In this document: piece after piece, positions 1 through 5,016 of the stretch
Position numbering within the stretch: position 1 is the stretch's first letter
How the letters are laid out: the number at the start of each line of letters is the position of its first letter
Assembly: GCA_000388065.2 (NCBI GenBank)
Contig: KB932224.1
Strand: one strand, 5' to 3'
Source of the DNA: Fonticula alba ATCC 38817
Taxonomy: Eukaryota; Protista; Nucleariida
Length of the DNA stretch: 5,016 nucleotides
The notes under the pieces: generated by a model
Database searches by the model: none
What the model saw: the letters and a program-made list of their open reading frames with translations, nothing else
What the model was told of the DNA's origin: nothing
Program-made: the position numbers and the translations under genes

Positions 1-129
1 CCCCCCCCCATTCTTTCTCTCCTCCTCCCTCTCACACATCCACACTCACACACACGCGCGCATGCACTTCCACTCACACTCACACTCACACCCGCACCCT
101 CGCGCCCTCGCGCCCTCTGCTGCCGGTAG
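1..129 (+). other. 3' part of an intron of the RICTOR gene (window begins inside it)
   Basis: Pyrimidine/CA-rich low-complexity sequence ending in ggTAG at 127-129. It is followed directly by a+GAA TAT CTC (R-E-Y-L motif). The ATG at 62 in the ORF track is intronic under this model. Confidence 0.75.
32..95 (+). repeat. Imperfect (CA)n / (CACACT)n microsatellite in intron
   Basis: cacactcacacacacgcgcg (41-60) and cactcacactcacactcaca (71-90), seen directly. Confidence 0.7.
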
Positions 130-495
130 AGAATATCTCTCCTTGCTGGCTGCTTTCATTGGTGACGCCTCTGCAGAGCCGGTCATGCCGGATACCAGTG
201 CTGTCCCAAGCACCCCAGCATCCCCAACTTATCCCCCTCACATTTTCGCCCCCCAGCCGGCGGCCATTCGACAGCAGCTTTGCTCCCCCCCACGGCCTGG
301 ACTGCTCACGGCCATCGCCTGTCACCTACCGGCGGCTTTGGTGTCGCTGGCCGGGCTGATCGTCGGCTCGCGTGGGATTGACGTACACTTCCGCGACCCG
401 AGCAGTCAGGATAATGAGCGCCTTTTCCCCCCGCTGGCCAGCTCGCAGACCCCCTTCGAGGGCCGCCTAGATCTCATCCGAATGCTGCTGCACTG
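130..495 (+). CDS. RICTOR: RICTOR exon A (EYLSLLAAF...RLDLIRMLLH)
   Basis: Frame of ORF 62..763, bounded by the TAG acceptor (127-129) and a GTGCGC donor (496). Confidence 0.8.
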
Positions 496-3400
496 GTGCG
501 CGATCACTCCCCCTACACTACCGGGCTTGCCCTTGTCTCTTGGTTGCGGGCAAGTGGTCCCCCTTCACAGCCTCTCATCGGATGGTCCTTCTCATGCTTC
601 TCTCCCCTCCCTCCCTCCCCCTTGCCCATTCTTCCCCGCCTGCTGGGGCGTAGCAATGACTACTCCTTCGCTGGCTATGGGCGCTCCATCCTGGAGATCT
701 TCCTTTACAACACGGACTCCGATGACATCCGCCTCTATTCAATCGAGTTCCTGCGCGTGCTGATCCGTGGCGCGGCACGGCTCCCTCGCTCGCCAGCCTC
801 TTGTGGGAGCATGTGCTGCTTGTGTGCCCGGCCGCGGCCTGGCTCGCCTGTGCCGGATCATCTGGAGGAGTCGTTGCCCTCCTCGGTGCGCGGCAGCGAC
901 TTGACCCCCTTCTCCTCGGGGCCGGTGTCGCTGGTCACCTGGGCTGTGCGGCATCTGATGGCCAGCCTGTCGGACACCTCGCCGCGGGTGGTGGCCGCTG
1001 CGCTGAATGTCCTGGCCGAGGCCGTGTGCTGCACGACCGATATTCTGGGCCCGGCGCTAATGTGTTCCAGCTGTGCTGGTACCAAATCCGATGGAGGTCC
1101 TCTCTTTGAGCGGGCCTCCGTGTCGGCCGTGGCCGCGGCGACCATCCTGCGCATCGGTCTCTGCCACATGGACCCCATGTTCTCCGAAGACGAGGTGGTG
1201 GCCAGCCTGGCTGGGCGCCCACCGCTGTCGGAGCCGGCCGAACGCCTGCTGCTTGCTCTTTTGGCCACGCCGGCCGGCGTAGCCTGGCTAACACGACACC
1301 CGCGTTGGCTGAATCAGGTACACGCCATCCATCGAGTCTCTTGCCTCTGGGATCCCGGTGGCCTGATTTGTCGGATCTCCTCTTGCCTTGTCCCCCCGTT
1401 TGTCCGGAACTGACCTCCCCCCCCCCCCTCCCCCCCTGTGTAGTATCTCTGCCGATGGGAGGATGAACTCGCCGAGGAATTTGCCCTGAGCACTGAGCGC
1501 GCCATCTCCTCGGCTCTTTCGTCGCCCGGTTGTGACAACTGTCTGCGGCAACAGTCGATGCTGCTTCAGCCGGATGCCGATGTCGAGTCATCCAGTGAGG
1601 TTGGCAGTCGATCGAGCCCCTCACCCTCCGGGCAGCATGGGGCCACCTTGGCGGCCTCGCTCGGTGACTTGCCGCGTCACGGTCCTCCGACCCCTGGGCC
1701 GAGCTTCTCCCCTGGTACCCATTTGTCTCTTGGCCTGGCGGCCTGGCTCAAGTCCCGCGATGTCCATTGCGGGGCCTGGCGCGGGTTCATTTGTGACTCG
1801 TCTCCCGGACGAGTGATTCACGGCCACATGCCGGTGGGCCGGTCGCGTGTGGTGGCATCCTGCCGGTCGCCAGCGGCGGCAGCCGCCGTCGGCCCAGGCG
1901 GCGCCGAGCCCGGGACTCAGGCCTTCCAGACCGTCTGCCTGTGCTTCTGTAATTGCGAGTGCACGCGCGTGTGGACCGGCCCGGAGGCCGGGCCCGAGTG
2001 TGCCAACAACCCTCCGTCGGTTATCCTGGGCATCCACCTGTTCGGGGTTCTGTCACGCACTCGAGCCGGATGTGCCTTCCTCGAGCAGTCACCTCTCTTC
2101 CGGCGGTACATCGATGTCCTTCGCGAGGGAGCCTACACCACCAGCGCCGCCGCGGGCCAGGCTGGGCCCGAAAGTGACCCCAGCTGCGCATGTCTGGCTG
2201 CCAGCATCTCCTTCCAGGATCGCCTGGAGATGGCGCGGCAGGAGATGCTCTTCAAGACAGCGCTCTGGTCGGTGGTGCGCATGCACATATGCCTCGCAGT
2301 CCTTCTGTCTGTGGCAAATGTCTCTTTTTTTTTTTTTTTGCAACTCCCCCCATGCTCCTCCTCCCACCCTCCTCTTTCTCTCCTCTTTTCGCTCCCACAT
2401 GCACTCACCGATGTGCTGTCCGCTTGCAGGCACATCTTTTCATCTCAACAGCCGGTGTTCGGCTGCTGCTGCGCCACAACATCCCGAACATGCTGCTAAA
2501 TATTGCCGAGGGCGTGCATCCGGGTCCCGGTGGTGCTCTTCTTGCCTCCACCGAGGTGCCTACCCTGCGCGGCAGTGTTTTCTATGCTCTAGGCCTGGCC
2601 TCTCAGGTGTGTTTCCAACCTTGTGTCTGGCTTTTCTTGCACGCGCGCGTTCTGCCTGTCTCTCTCCTCCTCCCCCTCTGCCATCCTCCTCGTATCGCGT
2701 GCTCATTCCCCCCTCCCCCCCCCCCCCCCGCCGGCGTCTCTCAGACACACCTCGGTCGCTCATTGCTTGCCACTCGTCACTGGTCTGTGGCCGGGGCCTC
2801 GGCACCAATCAGCTCAATGAAATTCCTGACGGCCACCTATTCACCACGGGACTTCGGCGCGGCCGTCGGCGTGGTACCGGCCAGCGTGGCCAAGTTCCTG
2901 AGGCACTTCGACAACTCCTCCCTCTCCCGATGGTATGAAGACGGTCCACGTCTGCTCCCCTCTGTCGGCTATGATGCCTGATGGTGTGTCTGACCCTTCT
3001 CTGCAAAGCATTCCCACGGTGGCCTCATCTCCCTGGCCGCTGGATTCCAGTGCCCGCTTGGCCTTGCGGCAGGTGACGCGGCTGGCAAACGGCGTGGTGG
3101 TGATGGCCGCCTCGCGAGAGCTCCATCGTCTGAAGGCCCAGGGCCCGGAGGTGTTTGCCCGGGCGGATTTCGCCCGGGCCGCACTCGGCTTGTTGGAAGT
3201 TCAGGGATCCCGGTACCGGGCCAGTGCTCGGCGCCTGGTGATCATCGATCTGCTGGAGCAAGCATGGTCTTCGCCCGAAGCCTGGCGGCGCTTCTTCCAA
3301 GAGTGCGACCGAGTGGCCGGGCTGCTGCCTAAGGCTGGGCTTGGGAGCACATGTGTGCGGTCAACTGTGGCCGAGGATGCCCCGGCCCCCGGGTGTTGTG

Positions 3401-4011
3401 GGGAATGCGGCGCTGGTGCCCCGGGTCCCGACCCATGCCCGCGGTGCAATGCCACCACGGCCGGGTCTTCGCGCCAGGGGGCCGGCTTGTCTGGTCTCGG
3501 GTCCGAAGGTCTTTGGTCCGAGTGGCTGGCGTCACTGGCAACCGCTCAGGAGGCCGGTCCGCCGACCAGTGCCGGCTCATCGGCCACCGCGTCGGCCGGA
3601 TCGCTGGAGTCCAACACAAAGCGCCTCCCGGCCGGCACTCGAGTCAAGCCTGACATTGGACCGCGGGGGACCTCTTCGACCCAGGCCCCAAGGGCCGCCA
3701 ACCATCAGGCGGCCAGTCTCGGAAGTGCTGATGCCACTCCCACCTCATCTCCCTCTTCAGATTCCCGGACGCCTCCGGACTCGCCGGCGACCTTGCTCTC
3801 CAGTCATCGACCTCGGGGCATGTCTCCGGGGAAGGGCGCACGCCCTGGGGTCAGCAGCGTGGCGGCTGCCGGGCAGCCGCCAGCCGCCTCGGTCCCCCGG
3901 GGTCCCCCCTCCGACACGGACTCCGGTGCTGATGGCGCTCTCTCGCCGCGCATTGTCCTTCGCGGCTTCTGCATGCCGGTCATGCCTTTGCCCAAGGATC
4001 CAACCCCTTGA
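130..4011 (+). CDS. RICTOR: RICTOR / Avo3 / Pianissimo-like TORC2 subunit, 5'-truncated spliced CDS join(130..495,654..1317,1444..2274,2430..2606,2745..2932,3009..4011)
   Basis: The spliced translation gives RICTOR-family motifs in the expected order, recognised from memory of the family: (R)EYLSLLAAF; RLDLIRMLLHCNDYSFAGYGRSILEIFL..IRLYSIEFLRVLIR; WAVRHLMASLSDTSPRVVAAALNVLAEA (RasGEF_N_2-like region); LLLALLATPAGVAWL..YLCRW; IHLFGVLSRTRAGCAFL; KTALWSVAHL..NIAE..TLRGSVFYALGLASQTHLGRSLLATRHW (RICTOR_V-like); terminal helical bundle LANGVVVMAASRELHRLKAQGPEVF..YRASARRLVIIDLL. All five junctions are GT-AG and phase-compatible. Exons total 3229 nt = 1 phase base + 1076 codons ending in TGA at 4009-4011. 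Confidence 0.9.
496..653 (+). other. GT-AG intron, 158 nt, phase 2
   Basis: GTGCGC...C/T-rich tract...gcgTAG. Removal joins TG+C into LLHC-NDYS, matching the RICTOR L-x-x-L-D-Y-S region, and explains the frame switch. Confidence 0.85.
654..1317 (+). CDS. RICTOR: RICTOR exon B (NDYSFAGYGRSILEIFL...WLNQ)
   Basis: Frame of ORF 496..1413. Contains IRLYSIEFLR, WAVRHLMASLSD and LLLALLATPAG motifs. Confidence 0.88.
1318..1443 (+). other. GT-AG intron, 126 nt, phase 0
   Basis: CAG|GTACAC donor, CTGAC branch-like site at 1410-1414, poly-C tract, tgTAG acceptor. Contains an in-frame stop (TGA 1411-1413). Removal gives WLNQ-YLCRWEDE. Confidence 0.88.
1444..2274 (+). CDS. RICTOR: RICTOR exon C (YLCRWEDELAEEF...KTALWSV)
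   Basis: Frame of ORF 1558..2499 extended upstream without stops to 1444. Contains IHLFGVLSRTRAGC and KTALWSV. A small hidden in-frame intron within the long insertion cannot be excluded. Confidence 0.85.
2275..2429 (+). other. GT-AG intron, 155 nt, phase 0
   Basis: GTGCGC donor (same as intron 496), T15 run at 2325-2339, CTCAC branch-like site at 2404-2408, ttgCAG acceptor. Removal gives TALWSV-AHLFIS. Confidence 0.88.
2325..2339 (+). repeat. T15 homopolymer in intron
   Basis: 15 consecutive T, seen directly. Other long homopolymers are poly-C runs near 1417-1436, 2707-2729 and 4171-4184. Confidence 0.9.
2430..2606 (+). CDS. RICTOR: RICTOR exon D (AHLFISTAGV...GSVFYALGLASQ)
   Basis: Frame of ORF 2190..2981. 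TLRGSVFYALGLAS resembles the RICTOR_V signature S-x-R-G-T-x-F-Y-x-L-G-L-I-S. Confidence 0.9.
2607..2744 (+). other. GT-AG intron, 138 nt, phase 0 (in frame, no stop codon)
   Basis: CAG|GTGTGT donor, poly-C tract ~2707-2729, tctCAG acceptor. Removal restores the compact motif GLASQ-THLGRSLLATRHW. Confidence 0.82.
2745..2932 (+). CDS. RICTOR: RICTOR exon E (THLGRSLLATRHW...VVPASVAKFL...)
   Basis: Continues the exon D frame and ends at a GTATGA donor at 2933. The frame otherwise stops at 2979-2981. Confidence 0.8.
2933..3008 (+). other. GT-AG intron, 76 nt, phase 2 (alternative acceptor at 3050 gives 118 nt)
   Basis: GTATGA donor, CTGAC at 2990-2994, pyrimidine tract, first downstream AG at 3007-3008 (AAG). 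An intron is needed to shift into the frame of ORF 2935..4011. The CAG at 3048-3050 is equally phase-compatible. Confidence 0.65.
3009..4011 (+). CDS. RICTOR: RICTOR terminal exon (C-terminal helical bundle plus ~227-aa low-complexity tail)
   Basis: Frame of ORF 2935..4011. RELHRLKAQGPEVF..YRASARRLVIIDLL resembles the conserved RICTOR C-terminal L-x-x-L-K-x-x-x-P-x-x-F...R-R-F-I-x-x-L-F region. Stop is TGA 4009-4011. Confidence 0.82.
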
Positions 4012-4585
4012 GGCACATGTGCTGTGCGTGTGCGTGCGGGCCCTTTCCCTCGCTCCGTGTGTTGGTCTCCACTGCTTCGACACCCGGGCGCGGGTCCGAG
4101 AATGGTGCCCGTCTCTCTGTAGGTCGCTGGTTCCCCACTTTTGCTGGATCCTTCCTCCGCCCTCTTCTTTCCCCCCCCCCCCCCACAGTGCAGATGCATT
4201 CTTCTGGATGTGTGTGACCTCTCGACAAGTCCGAGGGGTGTGTGTCCTTCATGTGCTGCCACTGTCCTCCTCCCTCTCAATAGATCATTCCCTCCCCCGC
4301 CGAGTTTCCGTCGTTCCCACGGGCATGTTTCCAAGTCAACCAATGAAAGCACACGGTTTGGGGGAGGGGGGGTCGTGAGAGGCGGAAAGCCCCGGGTGTA
4401 TGTTGCAGGAGGGAAAATGGAATCCCGAGTCTGACCTGCAAGAGGAGAAAAAGGGGAAGACCGGCGCGGGTGCTCGCTTTTAGCCAGGCCAAAGACACCA
4501 AACAGGGGGAAGGACAACTTTCAAGCACCAAGGGAGAGGCAAGCCAGCAAGAGCCGCGGATATCTTCGAGCGACAAGGGGGGCAA
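4012..4585. other. Convergent intergenic region / 3' UTRs of both genes
   Basis: Lies between two facing stop codons. The + strand is pyrimidine-rich to ~4320 and purine-rich from ~4345. I found no canonical AATAAA on either strand. Confidence 0.75.
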
Positions 4586-4963
4586 TCAAACAGTCGCAGA
4601 ATCAGGCGCCACCTGGGCAGAGGGTGTGCTACCACCATCGGCAGCCTGAGCTTCCTCTCGACGGCGGCGAGCCAGCATGCGCAGGCGCGAAGCTGCCCGA
4701 AGAGCAGTCACAGCCCCCGCGACGCTGGTCACCGCTCGGGTGAGAGCATGGTCGATGTCGGTGGCCGACAGCTGGATCCTGTGAGGTATCAGACGGGGAG
4801 GGAGGGAGGGAGGAGTGGCCGAAGAAGGGTTAGCAGGGCGAGGTTGAAGGACGAGGAGGAAGAAGGTAAAAAAGGCCCGAAGGGATACGTACGAGGCGTT
4901 GAGAAGGTTGTCAGCCGCATCCCTGAGAGGATCCTCGCCATTCTTCGTGATCCAAGGGTGGTT
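4586..4963 (-). CDS. CAMKK: 3' end of a Ca2+/calmodulin-dependent kinase kinase (CaMKK)-like Ser/Thr kinase, complement(join(4586..4778,4893..4963)), 5'-truncated
   Basis: Spliced translation: NHPWITKNGEDPLRDAADNLLNASIQLSATDIDHALTRAVTSVAGAVTALRAASRLRMLARRRREEAQAADGGSTPSAQVAPDSATV*. HPWIT ends a CAMK-group catalytic domain. HPW(V/I)TxxGxxPL followed by an acidic linker and a basic amphipathic helix is characteristic of CaMKKs (recalled, not searched). The catalytic core lies outside the window. This frame is absent from the ORF track because it has no early start codon. Confidence 0.7.
   Translation of the reverse strand, partial: NHPWITKNGEDPLRDAADNLLNASYVSLRAFFTFFLLVLQPRPANPSSATPPSLPPRLIPHRIQLSATDIDHALTRAVTSVAGAVTALRAASRLRMLARRRREEAQAADGGSTPSAQVAPDSATV
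4779..4892 (-). other. GT-AG intron, 114 nt, phase 2 (in frame, no stop codon)
   Basis: On the minus strand: GTACGT donor at 4892, GCTAAC branch-like site at 4834-4829, C/T-rich tract, caCAG acceptor at 4781-4779. Confidence 0.82.
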
Positions 4964-5016
4964 CTAGGCCAGAGCGGGCGTGGGCACATGGTGCGGGATG
5001 TCAGCGAGATGGGTGG
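4964..5016 (-). other. 3' part of an intron of the kinase gene (window ends inside it)
   Basis: Minus-strand GCTGAC branch-like site at 5005-5000 and ccTAG acceptor at 4966-4964, immediately before AAC CAC CCT TGG (NHPW). The TAG would be an in-frame stop if not spliced. Confidence 0.75.

Noticed and set aside
1-129. Short repeats (CACACT)n and (CTCGCGCC)2 as CRISPR, telomeric or mobile-element ends
   Set aside because: Simple intronic microsatellite. There is no repeat-spacer periodicity, terminal inverted repeats, target-site duplication or transposase.
858-1624. Long antisense ORFs (858..1268, 935..1624) and similar ones at 1621..2037 and 3804..4517
   Set aside because: No recognisable motifs. 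They are Arg/Gly/Pro-rich shadows expected in stop-poor, GC-rich DNA and run straight across introns.
1847-2938. 363-aa and 345-aa (3341..4378) alternative-frame + strand ORFs as overlapping genes
   Set aside because: Low-complexity translations that cross intronic T/C runs and have no domain signature; consistent with chance at this GC content.
62-4011. Chain of long overlapping + strand ORFs in alternating frames, suggesting programmed frameshifting or a pseudogene
   Set aside because: Every frame switch coincides with a phase-compatible GT-AG intron with a pyrimidine tract. Splicing gives one intact frame with homologous motifs joined correctly.
4009-4030. TGA as selenocysteine or readthrough, prompted by the Cys-rich protein and the palindrome after the stop
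   Set aside because: No recognisable SECIS (AUGA..AA..GA core), no known readthrough context, and nothing conserved-looking downstream.
1417-4184. Poly-C runs as regulatory G-quadruplex elements on the template strand
   Set aside because: They lie directly upstream of AG acceptors and are adequately explained as polypyrimidine tracts. Homopolymer lengths may also be unreliable in the assembly.
4789-4989. 66-aa minus-strand ORF in the track
   Set aside because: Wrong frame; it is mostly intron. The kinase-like HPWIT frame is a different one.

Overview
GC-rich, intron-containing eukaryotic DNA, not prokaryotic. The window holds the 3' parts of two convergent signalling genes. (1) Plus strand, 130-4011: the C-terminal ~1075 codons of a divergent RICTOR/Avo3/Pianissimo homolog (TORC2 subunit). 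It is reconstructed as six exons (130-495, 654-1317, 1444-2274, 2430-2606, 2745-2932, 3009-4011) joined by GT-AG introns with C-rich polypyrimidine tracts. Splicing turns the overlapping ORFs of the ORF track into one continuous frame. (2) Minus strand, 4963-4586: the last two exons of a CAMK-group kinase, most like CaMKK (HPWITKNGEDPL followed by a basic amphipathic, calmodulin-binding-like helix). A 574-nt spacer (4012-4585) separates the stop codons. The source may be a unicellular opisthokont or similar protist (e.g. Fonticula-like); this is inference only. No mobile element, CRISPR array or RNA gene is supported. The most unusual feature is that the RICTOR homolog carries several long loop insertions and a long tail, most containing cysteine clusters (CxxxCCxC, CxxC, CxCxCxCxC, CxxC-x9-CxxC). 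I see no convincing evidence of a wholly new biological system.
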